Of a DNA stretch of 64,000 nucleotides, positions 26,186 to 34,871 are shown piece after piece. The notes under the pieces were generated by a model that was not told the DNA's origin, did no database searches, and worked only from the letters and a program-made list of their open reading frames with translations. Source of the stretch: Chloroflexota bacterium (GTDB taxonomy: Bacteria > Chloroflexota > Limnocylindria > Limnocylindrales > CSP1-4); contig VEOW01000064.1 in assembly GCA_012026785.1 (NCBI GenBank), positions 1,365 through 65,364 on the forward strand. Reading direction: 5' to 3'. Positions within the stretch are counted from its first letter, which is position 1. The number at the start of each line of letters is the position of its first letter. The position numbers were made by a program, and so were the translations under genes.

Positions 26186-27408
26186 GTCGCAACTTCGGGC
26201 CAGGGAAGCCTTGGGAAGGAGGCGCGCAACCAGTCGACCAGCCGCCTGGCCTGGTCCTCGATCGTGTGACGGGCCGCGAACTCCAGACCGAGCTCGGACA
26301 GCCGTTCACGCTCGGTGTGGTCGGCTGCCAGGCTCTCGACGGCCGCGGCCAGGCCGCCAGGATCGTCGGGGTCAACGAGTCGACCTAGCCGCCCGTGATC
26401 CAGGATGCGGGGCAGGTTGCCCACCCTTGTCGCGATGACCGGCAAGCCGGCGGCCATCGCGTCGACGACGACCTTTGGTACGCCCTCCGCTCGCGACGGA
26501 AGCACGAAGAGATCCGCACCGCGCAGGCCCTCGAGATAGACGGCTCGATCCGAGAGATAGCCTGCCCAATCGACCCACTTCGCGACGCCGAGCTGGGTTG
26601 CATCCATCGTCAGCGCCTCGCGCTCCGGTCCGTCCCCGATCAGGATCACCGAAGCCGCCACGTCTCGGTCCCGCAGGATTCGGATCGCCCGGAGGAGATC
26701 GTCGATGCCCTTGTCGGCCACCATCCGTCCGGCCCATACGAGCCGCACCTCGCTCGAGTCTCCCCGCCCGGGGTGCTCTTCCAGCCGCCGTCGCGTTGTG
26801 GCTACCTCGTCGGCGGTCACGAGACTTGTGAACAACTGGTCATCAAGGTGCACGGCCGGCCCGGTTCGCGCGAGGATGCCAGCAACCGCGTCATATGCCG
26901 TCGCAACCCCGATGGCGACCGGCCTTGTGAACATGCCTCGTCGCTGGCCTCGAACGACCGCGTGGGCGCTGCCCGCAACCCACGTGAAATACGGGATCCG
27001 CCTGCGTCGTGCCGCCACCGCCGCCAGGGGGCCATTCGACGCCGGTGCCTTGATCCAGACGAGATCTGCCTCCACCACCGCCGAGCGCACGAGTGGCCAG
27101 TTGTGGCGAACGAGGCTCGGCCACCGCCGCAGATAGCCGGCGATGCCATCGAATGGGGCGGTCGCGACGATCCGCAGACGGGACGGATCAACCGGCGGCA
27201 GGCCCGGGCTCAGGGCGCCGTCGCCATCGGCGACCGGGATCAAGTACGCGGCCGCTGCGAACGGGCCGGCGGCAACAACCGCCTCCGCGAAGCGATGGAA
27301 CGTTGCCGCACGCGGCCGAATTTCGCCGCTGGGCAGCCGTACGAACGGGTTGTCATCGAGGATTGCGAGACGGATCAGGCGGGCTGGCTGATCCGTTGCG
27401 TCACGCAC
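26182..27408 (-). CDS. Glycosyltransferase, GT4 family
   Basis: 408 aa. C-terminal half: LVWAGRMVADKGIDDLL...LFVLPSRAEGVPKVVVDAMAAGLPVIATRVGNLPRIL. Confidence 0.8.
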   Translation of the reverse strand: MRDATDQPARLIRLAILDDNPFVRLPSGEIRPRAATFHRFAEAVVAAGPFAAAAYLIPVADGDGALSPGLPPVDPSRLRIVATAPFDGIAGYLRRWPSLVRHNWPLVRSAVVEADLVWIKAPASNGPLAAVAARRRRIPYFTWVAGSAHAVVRGQRRGMFTRPVAIGVATAYDAVAGILARTGPAVHLDDQLFTSLVTADEVATTRRRLEEHPGRGDSSEVRLVWAGRMVADKGIDDLLRAIRILRDRDVAASVILIGDGPEREALTMDATQLGVAKWVDWAGYLSDRAVYLEGLRGADLFVLPSRAEGVPKVVVDAMAAGLPVIATRVGNLPRILDHGRLGRLVDPDDPGGLAAAVESLAADHTERERLSELGLEFAARHTIEDQARRLVDWLRASFPRLPWPEVAT

Positions 27409-27432
27409 CCGGCGATTGTCGCAGGACAGCCG

Positions 27433-28284
27433 TCAGAAGGTGCCGGATCGTACCTGGCGGACGATCGATCGTGCGGTGTACCAGAGCGAGCTGTTGCGCT
27501 TCAGGTCCGAGTCGTACCGCGGGTTGTTCCACGTGTGGAAGATGATGCCCTTCGCCTTCAGGTACTTGAATGCGTCGCGAACCTGCCGGATCAGCTGCTT
27601 GGACGTCGGCGTCTTGCGGTCGCCGGGCCGGTAGCCGTGGCCCTGGACCATGAGCCAGATCTTCGTCCCCGGGGTGACCTTGTCCACGTAGGCCCGGACT
27701 TTCGGGAACCACTTCGACGCGGTGTCGATGTAGCCACGGCTGTAGGTCACCGGATACCAATCGACCCACAGCATGTTCGCGACCCCGGTCGCCCACGGGT
27801 TGGCGGAGGTCCCGAAGTGCGGGATGTCGCCCAACAGGGCGATGACTCGATGGTTCGGGTCGGCTGCCTTGAACGCCCTGTAGAGGGTCCGCATCTCGCT
27901 CAGTGAGATCCCACTCCAGGATGGCTCCTTGACCGAGAGGTAGCCGAACAGGGCCGGGTGGGTCTTGATCTTGTCGACCCAGGCCTTGATTCGTGACGGG
28001 TAGATCGTGCCCGTCGCGTAGTCGACCGTGTCGTTGAAGTGGACGGCGACTTTCTGACCGTAGGCCCGGGCCTTGTCGAGGTATGCCACGACGTTCATGC
28101 CCGGACTGAAGGACTTCACGAGGACATTCGTTCGCGGCGATCCGAGGCTTCCGATGTCGCCCACCGGCACCTCCCAGGTGCCGAACTTGGTCTTGGTGGA
28201 GTAGGCCAGCGAGGGTGACGGCAGGGCGAGGAGTGTGGCCAGCGCAACGATGGGCAGGAGAAATCGAGGGCTGGGCATCCGCAT
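27433..28284 (-). CDS. Secreted protein, possibly a TIM-barrel glycoside-hydrolase-like enzyme; compositionally atypical
   Basis: 283 aa with signal peptide MRMPSPRFLLPIVALATLLALPSPSLA-YS. Lys/Tyr/Trp-rich (many K where neighbours use R) and visibly lower GC than flanking genes. Motifs: YLSVKEPSW, VDWYPV, IWLMVQGHGY. The family is not recognised with confidence. Confidence 0.65.
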   Translation of the reverse strand: MRMPSPRFLLPIVALATLLALPSPSLAYSTKTKFGTWEVPVGDIGSLGSPRTNVLVKSFSPGMNVVAYLDKARAYGQKVAVHFNDTVDYATGTIYPSRIKAWVDKIKTHPALFGYLSVKEPSWSGISLSEMRTLYRAFKAADPNHRVIALLGDIPHFGTSANPWATGVANMLWVDWYPVTYSRGYIDTASKWFPKVRAYVDKVTPGTKIWLMVQGHGYRPGDRKTPTSKQLIRQVRDAFKYLKAKGIIFHTWNNPRYDSDLKRNSSLWYTARSIVRQVRSGTF

Positions 28285-28378
28285 GGTCGAATCTTCACGG
28301 GCCCCCGAAGGAAGCCCATCCCCCGGCAGTCCTGCGGGCGTCGCTGGAGGTCCCAGGAACTAACCGAGGCAGGCTTCG

Positions 28379-29821
28379 TCACTCCTCGGCGCGAGGCTCC
28401 GGCTGTGTCACGATGAGCTCCCCGGCCGCATCGCTTGGGATGGCTGAGGCCGCAGGTGGCTTTCGCTCGACCAGCCACGCCCACGCCGCCTGCGCTGCCG
28501 CCCCCGCCGCCGCGAAGTCGGATCGACGAAGCAGCAGGGTCTCACTGGCACCCCTTCCGGAGACTCGCAAGAAGACCGCCAGCGTGAGGACGGCGGTGAT
28601 GGAGTAGGAGATCGACGACGCCAGTGCAGCGCCGTTGATCCCGAGTCTCGGAACGAGAAGGATATTGGCGCCGACGTTGATACCCAGGCCGACCAGGAGG
28701 ATCAGGGTTGTCGCCCCCGGCCGGCCCTGGCCTGACAGGTAGCGCGTCAGGACGGCCACGATGCTGTAGGCAATGATCCCGGGGACGATGAACCTGAGTG
28801 CCACGCCGGCATCGGCAAACTGGCTGCCGTAGATGGCCCGCACGAAGTACGGCCCCAGGATGACCGCCGGGACGGCAAGCAGGACAGTGACGGCGACCGT
28901 GGCCCGTGTCAGCAGCGCCGCGACACGCCCCGCGTCCACCCGCGGGTCCACGGCCCGGCTGAACATGACGATCCCGAGGGCGTTGGGGATGTACCAGAGT
29001 GTCTCCGCCAGGCCCGTCGTCACCGAGTAGATGCCCGTTGGGCGTACCCCCACCAGCGCATTGACGATGAAGGCATCGGCTCGAAACTGCAGCCGCTCCG
29101 CGAGCGTTCCGGGCACGGCTCGGGTGCCGAACCCCAACTGTTCCCGAAGCAACGATGCAGATGGCCGGAAGGCGAGGAAACCGCCTGCCTTGGCTGCCAC
29201 TCCGATGGCCAGCCCAGTAACCGCCAGCGCAACGAGGTTGAGCAGGAGCGCGACGTTGAGATTCAGGTGGGCAACGGCAGCGGTTGCGAGGATGAGCACG
29301 AGCAGGGTGGCCCGACGAAGCATTCGAAGGACCGAATAGGCCGCGATCATCCGTCGACCGAGAATGGCCAAGAGAGCCACCGAGAAGAACAGCTCGCCGG
29401 GGATCGCGATTGCCGCGAAGATGAACTGGCGCTCGGACAGGTTCGGGAGCACGGTCGGGAGCAGACCGCTGGGAGGACCGGGTTCTCCCAACCCGTACGC
29501 CCACGCCGACACGAGCATCCCGAAACCGCCCACCACGCTCGTCCAGATGACGGCATTCGCGAAGCCCCGCCGCGCGCTGCCCAGATCCCGACCCGACGCC
29601 ACCGCCAGGGCTTGGTCCATGCCCCAGCCGAGCACGAGGGCCACGAGCTGCGAGTACAGGAGGACGATGGTGAAGCGCCCCTTGGCGGCCGGGCCGAGCA
29701 GCCGCGCCAGCGCGATGTCGGTTCCGAAGATGAGCACCGCGAGGATGAGGCGGGTCGCGATCGTCAGGAGCGCATCCCGCAGGAGGGCCCTCGAGCCCGA
29801 GCTGGCCTCCGAGGAAGCCAT
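28379..29821 (-). CDS. Polysaccharide biosynthesis protein, MOP-superfamily flippase (Wzx-like)
   Basis: 480 aa with about 14 TM segments and an N-terminal LLRDALLTIATRLILAVLIFGTDIALARLLGPAAKG pattern typical of Wzx/oligosaccharide flippases. Confidence 0.85.
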   Translation of the reverse strand: MASSEASSGSRALLRDALLTIATRLILAVLIFGTDIALARLLGPAAKGRFTIVLLYSQLVALVLGWGMDQALAVASGRDLGSARRGFANAVIWTSVVGGFGMLVSAWAYGLGEPGPPSGLLPTVLPNLSERQFIFAAIAIPGELFFSVALLAILGRRMIAAYSVLRMLRRATLLVLILATAAVAHLNLNVALLLNLVALAVTGLAIGVAAKAGGFLAFRPSASLLREQLGFGTRAVPGTLAERLQFRADAFIVNALVGVRPTGIYSVTTGLAETLWYIPNALGIVMFSRAVDPRVDAGRVAALLTRATVAVTVLLAVPAVILGPYFVRAIYGSQFADAGVALRFIVPGIIAYSIVAVLTRYLSGQGRPGATTLILLVGLGINVGANILLVPRLGINGAALASSISYSITAVLTLAVFLRVSGRGASETLLLRRSDFAAAGAAAQAAWAWLVERKPPAASAIPSDAAGELIVTQPEPRAEE

Positions 29822-29825
29822 CCGG

Positions 29826-30800
29826 CTAGTCCGAACCGGAGGCGGCCAGTGGTCGAATTCGGACGAGCTCGGGATCGGCGAGGGCCTCGCGGAACCACGC
29901 TACCGTCGCTGCGACACCGTCCCGAAGAGTCACGCGAGTCTCGAAGCCCAGCTTCGCTCGCGCCTTGTCCACGCGCGCATAGTTGCGCTCTGTATCCCCG
30001 GCACGCGGTGGCGCGTACCGGACCTCCGCTTCCCCGGTGGCCTCTCTGACGGCGTCGGCGAGCTCCGCGACCGTCGTTTCGACCCCCGTTCCGATCTGGA
30101 ACACCTGGCCGCCGACCACGGCAGGGGGTGCCGTGAGGGCCGCCCGGATTCCGGCCGCGAGGTCATCGACGAAGATGAAGTCCCGGGTCTGCTGGCCTGT
30201 CCCATAGACCGTGATCGGCCCACCTTCCAGCACGGACCGGAGCCATGCCGCGACCACGCTCTTCTTGTGCAGTGAGCGTGGCCCAAAGACGTTCGAGAAT
30301 CGAAGCGAGGATGCCGCGATGCCGTACGAGCCGGCATACGCGCTGACGTAGGCTTCGCCGGCCAGCTTCGAGGCGCCGTACGGCGTCGTCGGCATCGGCA
30401 ATGCCTCCTCGTCGAACGGCGGTGCGGCAGGTCCGAGAACGGCGTTCGACGAGGCGAATACGAACCGCTCCACGCCGGCGTGTCGCGCGGCATCGAGCAG
30501 GTGGATCGTGTCCGTGACATTGGCGCGAAAGGTGCCCAGGGGATCCTGGATCGAGTCCGGGATACCCGCCCTCGCGGCCAGGTGGACCACGTCGGTCACG
30601 CCGTCGAGCGCGCCGGTGAGGCTGTCGACCTCGGCGACCCGAGTCTCGATCAGCTCCGCTGGCGTGCCAGCGAGGTAGGCTCTAGAGCCCATCGACAGGT
30701 CGTCAAGGGCCCGAACCCGGTAGCCCGCCGCGACCAGCTGTCGACAGAGCGCGGAGCCGATGAAACCGGCCCCGCCGGTGATCAGGACAGTCCGGCTCAC
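29826..30800 (-). CDS. NAD-dependent nucleotide-sugar epimerase/dehydratase (GalE-like SDR)
   Basis: 324 aa. TGGAGFIGS glycine motif and YGASKLAGE (YxxxK). Its start overlaps the sqdB stop by 4 nt. Confidence 0.9.
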   Translation of the reverse strand: MSRTVLITGGAGFIGSALCRQLVAAGYRVRALDDLSMGSRAYLAGTPAELIETRVAEVDSLTGALDGVTDVVHLAARAGIPDSIQDPLGTFRANVTDTIHLLDAARHAGVERFVFASSNAVLGPAAPPFDEEALPMPTTPYGASKLAGEAYVSAYAGSYGIAASSLRFSNVFGPRSLHKKSVVAAWLRSVLEGGPITVYGTGQQTRDFIFVDDLAAGIRAALTAPPAVVGGQVFQIGTGVETTVAELADAVREATGEAEVRYAPPRAGDTERNYARVDKARAKLGFETRVTLRDGVAATVAWFREALADPELVRIRPLAASGSD

Positions 30801-31999
30801 GTCCTCGCCGGCGCGGCCGCTCGCTTCGCAGCCGGAGCCCGTTCGGGAACCCAGCGGACGTGCTGGACCAGCACCGAGGGATCGATCCGCGAGGCGTGGT
30901 CGCGGATCTTGGCCAGCATCGTGTCGATCAGCTCCTCGTTCAGGAGCCGAGGCTGCAGGCCGAGGTCGATCAGCTTGGAGTGCTTGGCGTTGTAGTAGTG
31001 CTCCTCGCTCTCCTTGCGAGGGTTCTCGGCGTGCGAGAGCTCGACGCTCCAGCCCATGTGCTCAGCGGCTGCCTTGACGCGCTCGGCAAGCTCGAGCACC
31101 GTGAACTGCTCGGTGAACTGGTTGTAGATCCGGAGCTCCCCCGGCTCGGCCGGGTTCGCGGCCGCGAGCTGCACGCAGGCCATCGTGTCGCGAATGTTCA
31201 GGTAGCCCCGGGTCTGGCCGCCCTTGCCATAGACGGTAAGGGGATGTCCGATGACGGCCTGCACGCAGAAGCGGTTCAGCGCCGTTCCGAAGACCTCGTC
31301 GTAGTGGAAGGACGTGGCGAGGCGCGGGTCCAGTGCCGATTCGTCGGTCTCGACGCCGTACACGACGCCCTGGTTGAGCTCGGTCGCCCGCAGGTCCCAG
31401 ATCCGGGTCGCGAAGTGGATGTTGTGGCTGTCGTGCACCTTGGAGAGGTGGTAGAGCGACCCCGGGGTCTTCGGGTACAGGAAGGTATGCGACCTGCCGT
31501 TGTGGTCGACCGTCAGGTAGCCCTCTTCGATATCGATGTTGGGCGTGCCGTACTCGCCCATCGTCCCGAGCTTGATCAGGTGCGACTCGGGCGATTTGTC
31601 GCGAATGGCGAACAGAACGTTGAGATTGCCGACGATGTTGTTCCGCTGGGTGTAGGTCGCGCGCCTGACATCGATCATCGAGTACGGCGCCGATGGCTGC
31701 TGCCCGTAGTGGATGATCGTGTCCGGCCGGAATTGGTCGATCAGCGACTCCACGAAGCCGTAGTCGCACAGGTCACCGATCGCAACCTCGATCTCGCGCT
31801 CGCTGACCTCACGCCACGCCCGAGCCCGCTCGTGCAGCGTCGAGATCGGGAACAGCGGACGGACGCCGAGCTCCAGCTCCCATTGCCGTTTGGCGAAGTT
31901 GTCGACCACGGCCACCCGATGGCCGGCTCGTGAGAATGCCATCGCGGTGGGCCAGCCAAGATAGCCGTCCCCACCGAGGATGAGCACGCGTTGCGCCAT
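30797..31999 (-). CDS. sqdB: UDP-sulfoquinovose synthase (SQD1/SqdB)
   Basis: Track ORF 30797..32353 trimmed to the ATG at 31999 (MAQRVLILGGDGYLGWPTAMAF...), with GGGAGAGG just upstream. The diagnostic block is FLYPKTPGSLYHLSKVHDSHNIHFATRIWDLRATELNQGVVYG, and the overall length is 400 aa, as in SQD1/SqdB. Confidence 0.9.
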   Translation of the reverse strand: MAQRVLILGGDGYLGWPTAMAFSRAGHRVAVVDNFAKRQWELELGVRPLFPISTLHERARAWREVSEREIEVAIGDLCDYGFVESLIDQFRPDTIIHYGQQPSAPYSMIDVRRATYTQRNNIVGNLNVLFAIRDKSPESHLIKLGTMGEYGTPNIDIEEGYLTVDHNGRSHTFLYPKTPGSLYHLSKVHDSHNIHFATRIWDLRATELNQGVVYGVETDESALDPRLATSFHYDEVFGTALNRFCVQAVIGHPLTVYGKGGQTRGYLNIRDTMACVQLAAANPAEPGELRIYNQFTEQFTVLELAERVKAAAEHMGWSVELSHAENPRKESEEHYYNAKHSKLIDLGLQPRLLNEELIDTMLAKIRDHASRIDPSVLVQHVRWVPERAPAAKRAAAPART

Positions 32000-32063
32000 G
32001 GACCTCTCCCTGCGGGTTTCCGCTCTGTTCGGACTCGGCGGGAGTCTAGCAGCCGGCACGTCG

Positions 32064-32079
32064 CTGCAATGTATTGCAG
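32064..32079. promoter_or_regulatory. Inverted repeat CTGCAAT-gt-ATTGCAG upstream of sqdB, overlapping a possible TTGCAG / TAGACT promoter
   Basis: Read directly. On the minus strand TTGCAG is followed about 15 nt later by TAGACT, and the sqdB ATG lies about 45 nt further downstream. Confidence 0.3.
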
Positions 32080-32139
32080 ACGGCGAACAGCCCAACTGCA
32101 ACATCTGCGAACCGCCCGGCTTCACCTTAGTCGCCACAT

Positions 32140-32484
32140 TCAGCCAAGGAGCTCGCCGGCCGAGCGCGACAGGGCATCGGAGAGGGCCAGGCCCTGGCCG
32201 CCGATCAGCAGGGGGCGAGACCCCGGGAAGCGCGCAACGAAGGCCGCCAGGCCCGTCACGCGGTCTTTCTGGCGCCCGCTGGCCACCTCGATCGCCAGCG
32301 TCCGCCGCCCGTCGGAAACGACATAGTCGACTTCGAGCCCGCGGTCGCGCCACCAGGTGATCTCGATGTCGCGCTCGGCGGTGTTGAGCAGGTGCGCCCC
32401 CAGGGCCGTCTCGACCGCGCGTCCCCGGCTGTCGGGCGACGGCGCGTGCTTCTCCAGCCTGGCCAGCAATCCGACGCTGCGCAT
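32140..32484 (-). pseudogene. C-terminal remnant of a DUF4143-type AAA ATPase (N-terminal ~2/3 missing)
   Basis: The 114-aa ORF ends ...ETALGAHLLNTAERDIEITWWRDRGLEVDYVVSDGRRTLAIEVASG... This is the restriction-endonuclease-like DUF4143 C-terminus of ~400-aa ATPases. Only ~110 nt separate it from abiEii, so the P-loop domain cannot be present. Confidence 0.5.
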
Positions 32485-32523
32485 CTGAAGGCGGGCAACG
32501 AATTACTCAACATCGTGGGTGAT

Positions 32524-32543
32524 TTGCTCAGTGCACTGAGCAA
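32524..32543. promoter_or_regulatory. Perfect 20-bp palindrome TTGCTCAGTG|CACTGAGCAA upstream of abiEii (candidate AbiEi operator)
   Basis: Read directly in a locally AT-richer intergenic stretch, 55-75 nt upstream of the abiEii start. TATTGT (TAnnnT) at 32596-32601 lies 5 nt before the ATG at 32607. Confidence 0.45.
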
Positions 32544-32597
32544 TCCGTTTAGCCGCGAACGCGGATGCCTTGACGACCCGGGCCTGATTACGCAATA

Positions 32598-33395
32598 TTG
32601 TCGCGCATGGAACAAACGCGTAATGACATCAGCTCAACTCTCGAGGTTGCCGAGGCCTTCCACCTTGCATTCCTCGGGGCCCTCGTTGCCGTCGCCAAGC
32701 CTGACATGTGGGCCCTCAAGGGCGGAGGAAACCTCCGCTTTTACTTCGACAGCATCCGCTTCTCCGAGGACATCGACCTCGACGTCCACGTGCCCGTCGC
32801 GCAGATGCGACCGCGGATCGAGCGAGCCTTCGAATCCGCGGCCCTCGCGAAGCTGCTCGCCTCCGTCGGAAGCAAGGTCGACCATCTCAACCCCAAGGAG
32901 CGAACTGCCACCAAGGAGCGGTGGACGATCGGTCTCCGCAACCGACGGTCTGCGAACCTCGTGTACACCCAGGTCGAGATCTCCTACCGGGAGTACGGGT
33001 TGCAGGCCTACATCGCGATCGAGGCGCCGAGGAGTGCACCCGCCCTCAGCTACCCGCCGATCCCGGCTCCAACGATCGCGTATTACGTTCCTCGTGGGGC
33101 GCTCATCCAGAAGGTGACGGCGTTGGCCGACAGACGGCACACCCAGCCCCGCGATGTGTTCGACATCGATCATCTGGCGAGGAAGTTTCCCGACGCTCCG
33201 TCGAAGGGGCTGGTCGAGCGGGCAACGGTCGACGCGGCGATCGACCGGGCCCTGGAGCTCGGCTTTGAGCTGTACCGCTCCAAGGTCGTCTCGTTTCTCG
33301 AGCCGTCAGTCCGTGGTGGCTTCGATCATGAGGCGCACTGGACCGACATGCAGCTGCGGGTCGTCGACGTCCTCGAGCGGATGCGCTCGTCATGA
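32598..33395 (+). CDS. abiEii: AbiEii/AbiGii-family nucleotidyltransferase toxin (type IV TA)
   Basis: 265 aa. Family motif LKGGGNLRFYFDSIRFSEDIDLDV. The start is either TTG at 32598 or ATG at 32607. The stop overlaps the next start by 4 nt. Confidence 0.85.
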   Translation: MSRMEQTRNDISSTLEVAEAFHLAFLGALVAVAKPDMWALKGGGNLRFYFDSIRFSEDIDLDVHVPVAQMRPRIERAFESAALAKLLASVGSKVDHLNPKERTATKERWTIGLRNRRSANLVYTQVEISYREYGLQAYIAIEAPRSAPALSYPPIPAPTIAYYVPRGALIQKVTALADRRHTQPRDVFDIDHLARKFPDAPSKGLVERATVDAAIDRALELGFELYRSKVVSFLEPSVRGGFDHEAHWTDMQLRVVDVLERMRSS

Positions 33396-34003
33396 ACACG
33401 GCGGTCGCGCTCGGGGTCCTGCGCCGCATCGGGCAACCGTTCGTCACCACCGCCGAAGCCGCAGCCGCCTTCGGGCAGTCGCCGTCGGCGGCATCGCGCA
33501 CGCTTGCACGCCTCGCCCAGGCGGGCCTCATCCGCCGGATCCGCCATGGCCAGTGGTCCCTGGAGCCGACGCCGGATCCATTTGCCTACGCCTCGTGGCT
33601 GACCACGCCGCTCCCGTCGTACGTCTCGCTGTACTCAGCCCTGGCGCAGCACGGCCTGATCACCCAGGTGCCACGCGTCATCTACGTCGCGTCGCTCGCC
33701 CGGACACAAGAGATCACGACCTCGATCGGGACGTTCTCGGTTCACCAGCTCCAGCCGGCGCTGTTCACCGGGTTCACGATCGAGCGAGGGGTTGCGATGG
33801 CGACGCCGGAGAAGGCCGTCTTCGATTCGCTCTACCTGGCCCGGGCGCGAAGCGGACGCTTTGCCGGGCTCCCGGAGATCGAGCTTCCGTCGGGCTTCCG
33901 ACTGGACCTGGTCGCTGGCTTTGGTGAGCGGATCGAGGATCCCGGTGCCCGTCGGCGCTTCCTCCGCCGCCTCCGGGCCTTCCGCGGTGAGCTCGAGCCG
34001 TAG
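33392..34003 (+). CDS. abiEi: AbiEi-family antitoxin / transcriptional regulator (wHTH + C-terminal domain)
   Basis: 203 aa. The N-terminal winged helix is FVTTAEAAAAFGQSPSAASRTLARLAQAGLIRRIRHGQWSL, followed by SYVSLYSALAQHGLITQVP. It is located downstream of the toxin gene, not upstream. Confidence 0.75.
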   Translation: MNTAVALGVLRRIGQPFVTTAEAAAAFGQSPSAASRTLARLAQAGLIRRIRHGQWSLEPTPDPFAYASWLTTPLPSYVSLYSALAQHGLITQVPRVIYVASLARTQEITTSIGTFSVHQLQPALFTGFTIERGVAMATPEKAVFDSLYLARARSGRFAGLPEIELPSGFRLDLVAGFGERIEDPGARRRFLRRLRAFRGELEP

Positions 34004-34018
34004 CCGGATCACGAGGGT

Positions 34019-34834
34019 GTGGCGCCGGTACACTCGCGCCCGATGCCGACGTCCCGACCCGAGGATCCTTCGAGCACGCCCGGCCCCACCCCCTCCAGCC
34101 TGACGATCGTCCTGCCGGCCTACAACGAGGCCCGGCGGATCGGGCCGGCGCTCGACGAGCTGTTCGCGTACCTCCACGGCCGGCCCGACGACGGGCTGCC
34201 GGCGCGGGTCGAGGTGATGGTCGTCGACGACGGCAGCGCCGCCGCCACGGCCGACATCGTCGCCGCGCGGCCGGAGGCGGCCACCGGCGCGCTCCACCTG
34301 CTCCGCGTGCCTCATGCCGGCAAGGGCGCGGCCGTGAAGTCGGGCATGCTGAACGCGACCGGCGACCTCGTCGTCTTCGCCGACGCCGACATGGCGACCC
34401 CGCCCTCGGAGCTGCCGAAGCTCGTCGCCGCCCTGGCCGCCGCCGAGGTTGCCCTCGGCAGCCGGATCCAGCCCGACGGCTCGGACATGCGGGCCTCCCA
34501 GCCGCGCTACCGCCGCTTCCTCGGCGGGATGTTCCACCTGCTCGCCTCGTGGTGGGTCGTCGGCGACGTCAAGGACACCCAGTGCGGCTTCAAGGGCTTC
34601 ACCCGCGAGGCCGCCCACGACCTGTTCGGGCGCCAAAAGGTCACCTCGATCGTGTTCGACGTCGAGCTCATCCACCTCGCCCGTCGCCGGGGCTACGGGC
34701 TGGCGGTGGTCCCGATTCGATGGGAAGACCGCCGCGGCTCGCGGATGCGGCCGGGCGCCCTCCTCGCGCTCAGGGTCGCGTGGGACCTGTTCCGGATCCC
34801 GCTTCTGCACCGGGACGTTCGACGCCGAAGGTAG
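34019..34834 (+). CDS. GT2 polyprenol-phosphate glycosyltransferase (dolichyl-phosphate glucosyl/mannosyl-transferase-like)
   Basis: 271 aa. Motifs: LTIVLPAYNEARRI, VMVVDDGSAAATADI, VVFADADMATPP, DTQCGFKGFTREAA. There is no C-terminal TM region. Confidence 0.85.
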   Translation: MAPVHSRPMPTSRPEDPSSTPGPTPSSLTIVLPAYNEARRIGPALDELFAYLHGRPDDGLPARVEVMVVDDGSAAATADIVAARPEAATGALHLLRVPHAGKGAAVKSGMLNATGDLVVFADADMATPPSELPKLVAALAAAEVALGSRIQPDGSDMRASQPRYRRFLGGMFHLLASWWVVGDVKDTQCGFKGFTREAAHDLFGRQKVTSIVFDVELIHLARRRGYGLAVVPIRWEDRRGSRMRPGALLALRVAWDLFRIPLLHRDVRRRR

Positions 34835-34871
34835 GGTGGCGGGCGGTGGCTTCGAACGCCATGATGCCGCC

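Noticed and set aside
31999-32353. N-terminal extensions of track ORFs: sqdB to 32353, DegT to 2458, 3506-ORF to 4822, GT87-B from 34449, lexA to 62187, methyltransferase to 38697, Zn-ribbon to 57883, yeiH from 16834.
   Set aside because: The extensions are R/P/A-rich, overlap the upstream gene in another frame or run through promoter and operator sequence. Internal starts with an SD or with stop/start overlap reproduce the normal family length.
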